From Squalus acanthias (Eukaryota), in the NCBI GenBank assembly GCA_030390025.1, contig CM059425.1:171680001-171744000 (forward strand): a DNA stretch of 64,000 nucleotides, read 5' to 3'. A program made the position numbers and the translations under genes. Shown here piece after piece: positions 49,758-62,487 of this stretch. Within the stretch, counting starts at the first letter, position 1; the number at the start of each line of letters is the position of its first letter. The notes beneath the pieces are model-generated. The model saw only the letters and a program-made list of their open reading frames with translations. It was not told where the DNA came from and made no database searches.

Positions 49758-50190
49758 TTTTCTTTTATTAATTCGCGGGATGTGGACGTCACTGGCAAGG
49801 CCAGCATTTATTGCCCATCCCTAATTGCCCTCAAGGTGGTGGTGAGCCGCCTTCTTGAACCGCTGCAGTGCATTGTAGCAGTTTTTTGATACGAGAAAGT
49901 GGCTTGCTAGGCTATTTCAGAGGGCAGTTACGAGTCAACTACATTGCTGTGGGTCTGGGGTCATATATAGGCCAGACCGGGTAACGACGGCAGGTTTCCT
50001 TCCCTAAAGGACATCAGTGAACCAGTTGGGTTTTTACATGGTCATCATTACTGATACTAGCTTTTTATTCCAGGTTTATTTAATTAACTGAATTTAAATT
50101 CCCCAACTGCCGTGGTGGGATTTGAACTCATGTCTCCGGATTGTTAGTCCAGGCCTCTGAATTACTACTCCAGTAACATAACCACTAAAT
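49758..50190 (-). mobile_element. tRNA-derived SINE with RTEX-like LINE tail
   Basis: Minus-strand tail ACTGCAGCGGTTCAAGAAGGCGGCTCACCACCACCTTGAGGGCAATTAGGGATGGGCAATAAATG matches the LINE 3' ends at 58365-58430 and 12895-12980. Confidence 0.85.
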
Positions 50191-50251
50191 AACACGTGTG
50201 AGTATATATAAAAACATACACGCACACACATATTATTTACACACACATCCA

Positions 50252-51055
50252 ACAACAATCTGCCTTTATATAGCGCCTTTAATGTAATAAAACGTCCCAA
50301 GGCATTTCACAGGCATGTTATCATAGAAACATAGAAAATAGGTGCAGGAGTAACCATTCAGTCCTTCGAGCCTGCACCGCCATTTAATGCGTTCATGGCT
50401 GAACATGCTACCTCAGTACCCCATTCCTGCTTTCTCGCCATACCCCTTGATCCCCCTAGTTGTGAGTATTATATCTAACTCCCTTTTGAATATATTTAGC
50501 GAACTGGCCTCAACAACCTTCTGTGGTAGAGAATTCCACAGATTCACCACTCTCTGGGTGAAGAAATTCCTCCTCATCTCAGTCTTAAATGGCTTCCCCT
50601 TTATCCTTTATCAAACAAAATTTGGCACCGAGGCACATCAGGAGATATTAGGACAGGTGAAGAGTTAGGTTTTAAGGTGCACCTTACAGCAGGAGAGAGA
50701 GGTAGCGAGGCGAAGAGGCTTCAGAACAGAATTCCAGAGTTTAGGGCCTAGGCAGCTGAAAGTACGGCCGCCAATGGTGGAGTAATTAAAATTGAGGATG
50801 CACAAAGGGCCAAAATTGGAGGAACGCAGATACTTTGGAGGGTTGTGGGGCTGGAGGAGGTTGCAGAGACAGAGAGAGGCAAGGCCATGGAGGGATTTGA
50901 AAACAAGGATGAGAATTTTAAAATCGATGCATTCCCGGACCGGGAGCCAATGTAGGTCAGCGAGCACAGGAGCGATGGGTGAACGAGAATTGGTGTGAGT
51001 TAGGATACAGCCAGCAGAGTTTTGGACGAGTTCAAGTTTATGAAGGGTGGAACTC
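50252..51055 (-). mobile_element. L2 LINE 3' fragment with a CR1 tail inserted at ~50324-50607
   Basis: KLELVQNSA..PIAPVLADLHWLPV..FKILILVFKSLHGLA. The CR1 insert is flanked by TTATCA (50318-50323 and 50608-50613). Confidence 0.85.
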
Positions 51056-52036
51056 CAACTCGTCAATCTAGCTTCAGGCTTAATTGAAGGACTGTAAAGA
51101 CTGATTGAGTGCATCCTGAAGAAATACTCTGACATGTGATTGGAAATTAACCAATTAAGTGCCTGGTGAACATTTTCTGTTATTGGCCAGCTGCCAAACT
51201 ATATATTGACTTGAACATCAAGTCCTCTGAAAACTTCAAAAAGACAGAAAAAATAAGGTCGAGTATTGCTCTTCAGCTATCATTATATATAGCTCAACAT
51301 TAATTTGATGTTGAGCTCAAAAACTGCTAAAAGTTCCTGTTAAAAATCTGCACTGCTGGTATGTGACGGCTTTTCACGTTCCAACAGCAGATAACAGGCG
51401 AGCACATTTGTAACTAAATCTTTTATTTAGAAATTGTTTACCAAGAGTGATTGCTACAATTCAGCTGAAGTTTTCTTCGCCACTCCTGGAATGATAATAC
51501 TGCACCACTAATACTAGGAAAAGTGCAAAGGCTTCACGCAGTCAGATATGTGACATCCACATTTTTAACTGCTGCCTTTGCCCGCTACTTGTAAAACTGT
51601 CAATACTATACGAGACGGCGCTTTATCAGCAGCAAGGTAAAATGTCCAATATAACAGAACCACATTTGAAAGTAAATCTGTGCATGAACTGGGCTACGGC
51701 ATATCCATTAAATTTTAATCTTCCTCCAGCACATTTAGGATGTGTGACAATTCAGTACAACACATTTCATACTTGGAACTAAAATGCCAATACAAGTGGA
51801 AAAAAAGCAGCTCTACTATGACATTAAGGTGGCTAAACTGGATAGCCCTGAAAGCGGGAATCGCTGTTCATTGGCTAGACGCATCAGCAGGGGGCCAATA
51901 TCGTAAATTGCTAGCACCAGTTAAAGGTACCCTGCACTGCTTAAAGCTAGCCAACTCTTGAAGGAGGGGTGCATTGTTTTGGAGCAGGTGCTGGGAGTCA
52001 TGCAGGAAGTGAATCTGACCTGGGAAACAGTGAGGA

Positions 52037-53870
52037 ATGGCACAACACGAGAGAGAACGGGTTCCAAGGTTTTCGGGCGCTGCACTGGAGGCCTTGGTGG
52101 AGGAGATGGAAAGTTTGAGAGATGTCATGTATCCGCAGGGGGCTCGGAGCAATGTTCCCTATAGGCAGCGTGGCTGAGCAGCACGCTAAAGCTCCCACGC
52201 AGCCGGATCACTGGCATTTCAATGCAAAAACCACGGAGAAGCAGATTTTTGAATGGGCCGCACAGCCCCCCCAAAATATTAGAGGGAATATTGGCTAGGA
52301 CACCCTCCAGACATACGCTCAAAAGGCAGTGGGGGAGCAGATAGCCGTGGCGGTCAATGCCAGGAGCCCCAAGGACCTGGATGCAGTGCTGCAAGAAGTT
52401 CAATGACCTTACATGAGTGGTTGAGGTCAGTAAATACATCTTCACATGCCATGTCCCACCAACTGCACCGCAAGCCTCAGCCACTGCTCAAGCCACCACA
52501 CCCCAATCACTCACCTACCAAAAATCTCTATCAATCAGGACTCGCACATAACATTCATAGCTTCATGTCACCCTCATACACTTAGCATTGCTGCAAAACT
52601 CACACCCACATCTCACACACATTGCCAGCTATTCAACCATGACAGCCACATCACACAAACAGATTGCACAACACTCACTGACACACTTCCCTCTCTCTTG
52701 CAAGACAAGCTCACGCACAACCAGAGGCAAATTAATGTTCAGCTATATACAACCAGGAGCTAACCAGCGGGGGACAGGCGCGCCTGCATCTCCTAACCCC
52801 CATGGAGGAGACGGTGCTGGCCATTATTGGAACGGCCATTGTTGAGGCCGTGGCCAGCGGCGGGGCTGAAATCCTCAAAGATGACAGTATCCTCATACCT
52901 AATCCTCCTTCTCTCATCCCACAATTTCTTCTGATTTACAGGCGGCCAATGGTGTAAGCATGCACCTCTTACTTTCCGCATCACCACCCCACCACCACAA
53001 CCTTACCCTTGCCCCTTTCTCCTTTCAGATACCCAAGAACTGCAACCTGGCCAGGCAGTGGTGGAAGACCAAGATGACAGTGATGATGCAGACACACCGT
53101 CACTCAATTTCAGACTCTCAGCCACCAGCTCAGATACTGACACTGCGCGTAATTTAGAGGATACCACAGAGGTGGGATCTGCACATGGTGAGACACTGGG
53201 CATGAGTGGCCTGCAGCCAGAGCAGGGGCCAAGGATTGGGAAGCCTGCCAGAAAGCATGTTTGCAATATCAAGGAGCTTGAAGGAGTCCGGCACCAACTT
53301 GGCACAGGGCTTTGCGCAGAGGTTGGAGCCCATCCTTTCCAGCATGCAAGTGGTGGCCAACTCCATTAGCACACTTGTGGAACCAACCATGATGCAGCGT
53401 CCGATGGCCGATGTCTCAGCTTCCATTGCAGCACATTCAGCAGTCACCCAAAGTCTGAGTGCTGCAGTGGAAGTTCAGACTGCTCTCATGGAAGGTCAGC
53501 TTGCTCCCATGCAAGCTCAGACTGCTGCCATCATGACTGTGGATTACAGTGTTCAAAGGGGCTTGCTGGGTGTCACAGCAGTCTAGCAATCTGTCCTCGA
53601 ACAGATTACAAGGATTGCTGAGGTGCCGCCCAAGAGTGTGGCAGCGGCTCCGTGGAGCACGAGCCTGCTGTCCCCTCTCAGGATAACAGCATTCGTCCTC
53701 CCACCAATGCCAGTCCGCCAGTGCCCTTGCTTGTTGCCCGTCAGCCAGCCAACCCAGACTGCTGCTGCTCATGCCGAGATGGTGCAGACCTTCTCGGCCC
53801 AAAGCTGCTCGAGGTCATCCTCCAAGGCCATCTGCAGTCTCCCCCACTGAAAGTCAGCAGCCTTCCACCA
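52037..53870 (+). pseudogene. Harbinger Myb/SANT-like (trihelix) accessory gene remnant, multi-exon
   Basis: MAQHERERVPRFSGAALEALVEEMESLRDVMYP..RQWEQIAVAVNA..RTWMQCCKKFNDL with a GT donor at 52426. Downstream acidic and coiled-coil-like segments. Confidence 0.75.
52150..52293. mobile_element. hAT-type MITE (144 bp) inside the Myb/SANT exon
   Basis: TIRs CAATGTTCCCTATA / TAGAGGGAATATTG. Degenerate 8-bp TSD GCTCGGAG / GCTAGGAC. Confidence 0.7.
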
Positions 53871-53923
53871 GAGAGAGAGTGGGGCAGAGTGAGTGGGGCA
53901 GAGAGAGAGCAAGAGAGAGAGTG

Positions 53924-53962
<39 letters not shown>

Positions 53963-54130
53963 TGGGGCAGAGAGAGAGAGACTGGGGCAGAGAGAGAGAG
54001 AGACTGGGGAGAGTGACAGAGACTGGGCATAGAGAGAGAGAGAGAGAGAGACAGAGTGGGGCAGAGAGATATAGAGGGGGAGAGAGAGAGAGAGAGAGAG
54101 GGGAGAGAGAGAAGGGGAGGGAAGGGGAGA
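53870..54130. repeat. (AG)n-rich compound microsatellite
   Basis: AGAG runs interspersed with TGGGGC. Confidence 0.9.
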
Positions 54131-54518
54131 GGAGGTCAGGAACTTGGTGGGGGCGGGGGGTAAAGAGCACGGAGAGCACAGTGGGGATGGCGGAAGAACG
54201 TGATCCAGGTCTAAAGGTGGGGGGGTTGAGAGCAAGAACGTGATCCAGATGGTAAGACGGATCACGTTCTTCCAACCCCAGCCCATTTACACCCGCACCA
54301 CCTTCTCCCTCTCCTCCCCCTAGACCTGGTTGATTTCTCAGAAAGCTCGGTGCGTGTCTGGCAAGTGACATCATTGGACTGGACGAAATCCGGAAGTCAC
54401 AACGTCACGATTCACTTCATACCCAATAAACCTGTTAACAATCCGTGACCCACACACAATGCTCCATCTACGGCAGGATGGGGGAAGGTCATGAATCCGT
54501 GAGGGAGGAACTTGGGCA

Positions 54519-55232
54519 GCATACCCCCTACAGTGAAGTCTAAATCATTGACATATACCACAAAAAGCAAGGGACCTAGTAGTGAGCCCTGTGGAACCTC
54601 ACTGGAAACAGCCTTCCAGTCACAAAAACATCCGTCGACCATTACCCTTTGCTTCCTGCCACTGAGCCAATTTCGGATCCAACTTGCCACTTTCCATTGG
54701 ATCCCCTGGGCTTTTACTTTTCTAACCAGTCTGCCATGTGGGACCTTGTCAAAAGCCTTGCTAACATCCATATAGACTACATCAAACGCGCTATCCTCAT
54801 CAACCCTTCTTGTTACCTCCTCCAAAAAATTCAATCAAGTTCGTCAGTAACGACCTTCCCTTAACAAATCCATGCTGACTTTCCTTGATTAATCCGTGCC
54901 TTTCTAAATGACAATTATACAGTCCCTCAGAATTTTTTCCAATAATTTACCCACAACAGAGGTTAGGCTGACTGGCCTGTAATTACTTGGTCCATCCCTT
55001 TCTCCCTTCTTAAACAACGGTACAACGTTATCAGTCCTCCAGCACTGCACCTGTAGCCAGAGAGGATTGGAAAATGATGGTCAGAGCCTCCGCTCTTTCC
55101 TCCTTTCCTTCTCTTAACAGCCTGACATACATTCCAACCGGGCCTGGCGATTTATTTACCTTCAAAGATGCTAAACCCCTTAAAATTTTCCCTCTCACTA
55201 TGTTTATCTCATCTAATATTTCACACATCTCC
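54519..55232 (-). mobile_element. CR1 RT fragment
   Basis: KSPGP, YMDVSKAFDKVPHGRL, VPQGSLLGPLLF. Confidence 0.9.
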
Positions 55233-56055
55233 TGCCACTCCCACTTGGTGTGGGACTGTGTGTGATTGGATGATTAATGGGGCACACTACAAGACAACAA
55301 ACCGCAAAGTCATTTTGAATCACTTGGATTAAATGCTGTGGTGGAGGCAGAAGAGGAGGGCTCAAAACTAATACAGCTTGCTCTGATCACGAATTTAGTA
55401 CCATACAAATGAATGCAGTTACAACCATGGCTGGAATTTTGCGGGGGGTCAGTAGGCACAGTCAGTGGCGGGTCGGGTGGGAAAGTGTTTTTTTTTCTCA
55501 GCAGGTCGGGACCCAGCTGTGAACCCGTCGCCATGCGCCTTTCCCGACGTCGGGTCTGTCAGTGCTGAGCAGACCCAGCACGCAGCGGCGGGGGACCTAA
55601 TTCAGGTAATTAGTGGCTTGTTTAGAGCCACGTAATGATTTTCAGCTTACCTTTTGCATTTGACAGCTCGCCCATGGGGTTCACGCTGGTCGTGGACCAC
55701 GTCCGTCAAGCTGAGCTGGGAGTTCAGTGGCCATTGAATCAGCTGTTGAGTTGACAGCTTCAAATGTAAAATAAAAACTCCCACCTTACAGAGATATCTT
55801 CCCTCAGTCACAAGCTCTTCCGCACTGCATTTCCACAACAGATTCACCATGCTGCAAGTCTTTACACAAGTCTCCATCTAGTCTGACCTCATTTCCTCTC
55901 TCATCATTGACAGATCGCTTCTGTCATCTTTACTTCACCTGCCATCTATTCCATCAACATGGGTGCCCTATATACACTCTCACCTTGGTCCTCAGAAACT
56001 CACCATGATCAGCCCTATCACCAGCAGCACCAGGCACACCAGCAGCACCAACAAC

Positions 56056-57192
56056 ATAAAGTCCCACATAAGAGGTTAGTGTGCAAAATTAAAGCACATG
56101 GGACTGGGGGTAATATACTGGCATGGAATGAAAATTGGTTAACAGACAAAAAAGAGAGTAAGAATAAATGGGTCTTTTTCGGGGTGGCAGGCGGTGACTA
56201 GTGGGGTGCCACAGGGATCAGTGCTTGGGCCCCAGCTATTCACAATATATATCAATGATTTGGATGAGGGAACCAAATGTAATATTTCCAAGTTTACTGA
56301 CAACATTAAACTAGGTGGGATTGTGAGTTGTGAGGAGGATGCAAAGAGGCTTCAAGGCAATTTAGACAAGTTGAGTGAGTGGGCAAATACATGGCAGATG
56401 CAGTATAACGTGGATAAATGTGAAGTTATCCACTTCGGTAGGAAAAACAGAAAGGCAGAGTATTATTTAAATGGTGATAGATTGGGAAATGTTGATGTAC
56501 AGAGGGACCTGGATGTCCTTATACACCAGTTACTGAAAGCAAACATGCAGGTGCAGCAAGCAGTTAGCAAGGCAAATGGTATGTTGGCCTTCATTGCAAG
56601 AGGATTTGAGTACAGGAGCAAGGATGTCTTACTACAGTTGTACAGGGCCTTGGTGAGACCACACCTGGAGTATTGTGTGCAGTTTTGGTCTCCTTACCTA
56701 AGAAAGGATATAGAGGGAGTGCAGCGAAGGTTCACCAGACTGATTCCTGGGATGGCAGGACTGTCGTGTGAGGAGAGATTGGGTCGACTAGACTTTAGAA
56801 GAATGAGAGGGATTCTCATTGAAACGTATAAAATTCTGACAGGGCTAGACAGACTGGATGCAGGGAGGATGTTTCCCCTGGCTGGGGGGTCGAGAACGAG
56901 GGGTCACTGTCTCAGGATATGGGGTAGGACATTTAGGACTGAGATGAGGAGAAATTTCTTCACTCAGGGTGGTGAACCTGTGGAATTCTCTGCCACAGAA
57001 GGCTGTGGAGGCCAAGTCACTGAATATATTTAAGAAGGAGATAGATTTCTCGACACAAAAGGCATCAAGGGGTATGGGGAGAGAGAGGGAATATGGTATT
57101 GAGATAGAGGATCAGCCATGATCATATTGAATGGTGGAGCAGGCTCGAAGGGCCGAATGGCCTACTCCTGCTCCTATTTTTCTATGTTTCTA
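56056..57192 (+). mobile_element. CR1 LINE 3' fragment
   Basis: GVPQGSVLGPQLF, WQMQYNVDKC, RPHLEYCVQFWSP, CR1 tail. Confidence 0.92.
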
Positions 57193-58430
57193 ATAACCTG
57201 TTCACTGATGCCCAGTTTGGGTTCCGCCAAGACCACTCGGCTCCCGACCTCATTACAGCCTTGGTCCAAACATGGACAAAGGAGCTGAATTCCAGAGGTG
57301 AGGTGAGAGTGACTGCCCTTGACATCAAGGCAGCATTTGACCGAGTGTGGCATGAAGGAGCCCTAGTAAAACTGAAGTCAATGGGAATCAGGGGGAAAAC
57401 TCTCCACTGGCTGGAGTCATACCTAGCACAAAGGAAGATGGTTGTGGTGATTGAAGGTCAGTCGTAACAGCTCCAGGACATTGCTGCAGGAGTTCCTCAG
57501 GGCAGTGTCTTAGGCCCAACCATCTTCAGCTGCTTCATCAATGACCTTCCCTCCAACATAAGGTCAGAAATGGGGATGTTCGCTGATGACTGCACAGTGT
57601 TCAGCGCCATTCACAACTCCTCAGATAATGAAGCAGTCTTTGCCCGCATGCAACAAGACCTGGACGACGTTCAGGCTTGGGCTGATAAGTGGCATGTAAC
57701 ATTCGCGCCACAGAAGTGCCAGGCAATGACTATCTCCAACAAGCGAGAGTCTAACCACCGCCCGTTGACATTCAACGGCATTATCATCGCCGAAGACCCC
57801 ACCATCAACATCCTGGGGGTCACCATTGACCAGAAACTTAACTGGACCAGCCACATCAATACTGTGGCAACAAGAGCAGGTCAGAGGCTAGGTATTCTGC
57901 GGCGAGTGTCTCACCTCCTGACTCCCCAAAACCTTTCCACCATCTACAAGGCACAAGTAAGGAGTGTGATGGAATACTCTCCACTTGCCTGGATGAGTGC
58001 AGCTCCAACAACACTCAAGAAGCTCGACACTATCCATGACAAAGCAGCCCGCTTGATTGGCACCCCATCCACCACCTTAAACATTCACTCCCTCCACCAC
58101 CGGCGTACCGTGGCTGCAGTGTGTACCATCTACAAGATGCACTGCAGCAACTCGTCAAGGCTTCTTCGGCAGCACCTCCCAAACCCACGACTTCTTCCAC
58201 CTAGGACAAGGGCAGCAGGCATGGGAACACCATCACCTCCAAGTTCCCCTCCAAGTCACACACCATCCTGACTTAGAAATATATCGCCGATCCTTCATCG
58301 TCACTGGGTCAAAATCCTGGAACTCCCTACATAACAACACTGTGGGAGTACCTTCACCACATGGACTGCAGCGGTTCAAGAAGGCGGCTTACCACCACCT
58401 TCTCAAGGGCAATTAGGGGTGGGCAATAAA
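57193..58430 (+). mobile_element. Jockey-group (RTEX-like) LINE 3' half
   Basis: LDIKAAFDRVWHEG, GVPQGSVLGP, MFADDCTV, YKAQVRSVMEYS. Confidence 0.88.
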
Positions 58431-59827
58431 CCCACCATCGATGTCGCCCGCCACAGTTAGTAAAATCCCGGCCCATGTCATGACTGAAGTGTGCGGTCAT
58501 ACTAATTTCAGCCATACACCCAGGTTGAGATCTGACCAGAGGAAAGAATCCTTACTCAGATCAAATCCGGTCTTTAGTGAAGTCACTTGCACATCTATTA
58601 CAAGTAAATCCAGTATGTGGGGTATGTGATTCACTCAGTACCTGTTACTCCTATAAGTGACACTATGGCAGGTAGTTCAATGTTAAAAATGTAATTATGT
58701 GACACACAATAGCTGCTATTTTATATACAGTGTCTATCACCCTGTGATTGCACAATCTGTCCACCAGGTTCCCACAAATCACCCAAAATGTATTCTGAAA
58801 TTTATTTTCATTCATCATTTTTTTTATTTAGTCGCTGAAGTTTCTAATGTTTAAAATAGGGGTTGAAACAAAATTTAAAAATTCTAAAAGCAACATATTT
58901 TACAATAGCATAATTACATTTATCCACTGAATTGTATTTTTGCATTTTAATATCTTGATTCAAGTTGTTACTTGAAAGCCTTCCCAAAAACTTGAGCTTG
59001 GACTTAATATTTTTGCCCAGACCTATGACAGAGCTGAATCTGGATTGTGCAGTCTAAGCACGTACAATGTACCTAATTTCTTTGGATCCATTACTACTGT
59101 TCAGTCAGCTCTACTGATGGGATATTTTTCTTAAGGTCCGAGCAATTTCTGTCCAATGGCATTGCTTCAAAGAATTTTGAATAAGAGGACAAATTTCTAA
59201 AGAATTACTGAGGCAAAAATTTATACTGAGTGTTGTTTTTTTTATAACTAGGCTGAATGTGTATATGTCTTTGTATAGCAGTGCGACAGAGAGTGCTTTT
59301 TTAATGTTTGCTAAATTAAAAAAAAATTAGATAACTCAATATCTCCACCTGTGTTTTATTGACAGAAAAGGTCAATGCTGATGGTTTACATGTCTGAGAC
59401 AGAGATTCTAATTTCTAACACCGATGTGCGAGAGAGAGGCAGGCAAAAAGAGATGGAAAGAAAGACAGAAATAGAGACAAAATACAGATAGGCAGATTCT
59501 CTCCTCATTCTAATTTGATTTCTTTGAATTTTTAAAGCAGACAAAGCCTCTTTGAGGATACTAGATATGAAGGGAGGGGAGGAGGAAAGGGAAGGAAGCA
59601 GGGAACTTTGAGAGTGATGGGGCCTCTGGGCACTCCCCCTCAGGGCAAGTGAGTGGGAGGAGGGGAGAGTGAATGGTCGGTTAGAAACATACGAACAGGA
59701 GTATACCATTCAGTCCCTCAAAGCCTGTTCCACCATTCAATTAAGATCATGGCAGATCTGTACCTTCACACACTCAGTTGCCAATGCTTCTGTTTTTTTT
59801 AAGGCATTTCAAATTGGACAACATAAA

Positions 59828-60720
59828 GGGGGAGAAATTCAGTATCGCCCCATTTGGGGCGCAATTATCGGCCGGGCGCAAAGATTAGCGCCTGGCGCTA
59901 ATTATCGCCACCGACTGCAAACTTGACTTTTATCGCCGCTGGAGGTGATTGGAGCGCTATATCAGGCGCTTCACACCTGTCTTAAGGCGCAAAGGCCGAG
60001 GAGCGAGGCGCTACCTCAGAGCGCTGGCGAAGCTCATGTAATGTCAGTCAGCAATGGAACACACACACAATGGCACGGGCCAGTTCTTAAAGGGGATGGT
60101 TAATCTCACTTTCCATCCACATCCTGCTAATTGCAGCCTTGAATCTCGGCCTGGAGAGCCCTGCACATCAAATCTGCTGGAAAGAACAATGGAGAGTACC
60201 TGGCAAAGAGCTCAGAGTGCAGCCCCCACAGTCTCTTCTAAATCGATACAAGGAATGGCAAATCAAAATGAACCTGCAAAGTGCTGCTCAGTACCCAAAA
60301 CTCCTTCACACAACGTTGAATCTCTCCAGAAGTCTCTCTCTCTCTCTCTCAGAATGCGTAGTTCAAAAATGGCACCAACAATAAAAGACAGGAAGCGGTC
60401 ACCTTTAAATAGCGCTCCCCCTTTCCCTTCATGACTGCAGAACGCTCCCCTCAACCTGTCGTTGCTAGCGTCAGGCGGTAAGGCAGGGGGCGCCACTCAA
60501 TATCCGCTCCGGGGCGATACCGGGGCGTTGCGCACTCGACTGACGTCACGATCTGCCGACGCAGGAGATCGTGGCGGTAGTGTTTAGCGCCGCCACAAAA
60601 TGTCTAGTTAATTTCGCGAGTGGCGCAAACTTCGCCGCGCCTGGGCGCTGGATGCTTTGCGCCCCATTAGCGCCCTCTTAAGGCGCTAACGGGAGGCGCA
60701 ACCAACTGAATTTTTCCCCC
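59828..60720. mobile_element. PIF/Harbinger MITE
   Basis: 16-bp TIRs (15/16 match) GGGGGAGAAATTCAGT with 3-bp TSD AAA. Many AGCGCC/GGCGCT subterminal motifs. Confidence 0.85.
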
Positions 60721-61286
60721 AAAGTCTCTCGTCAAAGTTTTACAGTAAGATATCGGTAGGGCTCTATAAGGATCATCGTCTAAAGGAACCAAATGTCTGA
60801 GATGATGATCTCAGCAAGTTTGGTGAAAATCCAGTCAAATGTTTTAAAATTATTGAGATAACAAATTGTTGTACAAGGACGGACTGTTTATTAGAGATGC
60901 ACAGCCGGCTGCACTAATATTTACCAGCTTGTCTATTTTCAAAAAGAACCCAGAGGCTGACGTGAGGAAATTACTTATCGAGATTGACAAAAATCCAATA
61001 AAGGTGAGACTTCACTGTTTACAGGCATTTAGATGGGATTAGCACTGCGCTAACTGATTATTTTGGGAATCAAATATCCTATGAATTATTAAACAGATGA
61101 TTCAGCTGTTGGAATATGTTAAACCACAATAAAAATAGTGCAACTTTCTGGTTAAATATGCCACTGTCCTACACAATTTTATGAATGAAATCCAACTTAC
61201 TCAGACTGAAGTCCCAAAACAAAAAATTTTCAGCCAATATTGATATGAGCATCAACCAGCAAACAAGACAAAAGACACAAAACACT

Positions 61287-61998
61287 TGGGCTAGAAATTG
61301 CGTAGTGCCATATTTGGGGCGATAACTTTTGCAGGAGCGCAAAAGTATCGCCGGGCACTACGTAATTGATTCCGACAGGAACTTCCGGTTTAGCGCTCCA
61401 AGAGGGAATTGGAGCGCTAAATCAAGCGTTACCACTTCCCTTAGAGCACTAAAGGGAGCGAGACTGGCGGTAGCGGCAGAGCGCTGCACAATGTTCCATG
61501 CAGCGCTGCCGGTTTTACAGGCTCCTTCCCTCCCTTAAAGGGAAGGGCCAATGCTTTGGTCATTGAAGGTTAAGGCTGGGAATGGTCACCGACGGCACCT
61601 GCGATACGCACATAGCAGCCCCAAGCACTCTAAGAGAGTGCAGGGCTGATCAATCGCGGCTGGAAAAAAGTCAAAATACAGCACACTGGGGGCATTATAT
61701 AAAATTTTGGCCTACCTGACCACCACTGCCTTTAATTAGTGCTCCACAAGCGCCAGCCGAGGTGACAACGCCTCCTGCAGCTGCCGTTGCTGACGTCCGA
61801 GGCGATGTGCACCAGATGACGTCACGAAATCCGGGGCGCATGACATCGACGCGGTAAGTTTTAGCGCCAGCACGAACCCGCCATGGAAGTTCGCGGGTGT
61901 CGGTAATTTCGCTGCGCCCGGTCGGTAAGCCCTTAGCGCCCCGTTATCACTCCCCGGAGGCGCTAACAGGAGGTGCAAAGGAGGCCAATTTCTCCCCC
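61287..61998. mobile_element. PIF/Harbinger MITE related to 59828-60720
   Basis: GGGCTAGAAATTG / CAATTTCTCCCCC termini with 3-bp TSD ACT. Homologous subterminal blocks. Confidence 0.75.
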
Positions 61999-62381
61999 AC
62001 TGTATGTTGGTCATTCAATAACGTTGGTCATTTTCTGTAGAACAGTCTGAATAATTGGCTTCAACCCCTCTACAAAACTGAACTGAGGCCATCCACACAG
62101 AAGAAATTAATTTAGGCCTCTGCACTGACATGTACTGAAGTGGGTGGCATTTTTGATGCCACCAGCAGTTGCACACATGCCTTCGGTCTATATTTGCCAT
62201 GGACATTCACCATTTCAGGGCCGTTGTCCGCTCATCAACATTTGGAGGCAAAGACCAGAGCAGGATCGAACTTCCCACACCCTGTATAGTCTGCGCCATG
62301 AATTACTGAAGCTCAGTTACAAAGCACATGTTCTGCTGCGCCATGTGTCTCACATGCTTGGCAGGACAGATTGAAATCAAG

Positions 62382-62487
62382 ATGGAGGCTTTGCTCTGCA
62401 AAGTTTTTGCGCTACGGATAAAATACTGGTGTATAATTAACACAGCACTCGCAGGATTCATCAAAAGAAAGTACTCATCATTCGATG
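62382..62487 (+). CDS. Candidate first coding exon of an unidentified host gene (speculative)
   Basis: Strong Kozak AAGATGG, open 35 codons MEALLCKVFALRIKYWCIINTALAGFIKRKYSSFD, consensus donor G|GTAAGT, non-repetitive context. Confidence 0.25.

Larger units (their letters stand above)
55429..58473. mobile_element. PIF/Harbinger derivative (same family as 18764-20223), centre replaced by two LINE fragments
   Basis: TIRs GGCTGGAATTTT / AAAATCCCGGCC with 3-bp TSD CAT (55426-55428 and 58474-58476). Confidence 0.75.

Noticed and set aside
51291..51317. 10-bp hairpin AGCTCAACAT/ATGTTGAGCT
   Set aside because: Isolated, with no context supporting function.
53652..54374. ER/SL-repeat ORFs up to 201 aa
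   Set aside because: Translations of the (AG)n microsatellite.
60721..60900. Possible Helentron-like relic
   Set aside because: Only vague motif resemblance, and termini could not be defined.
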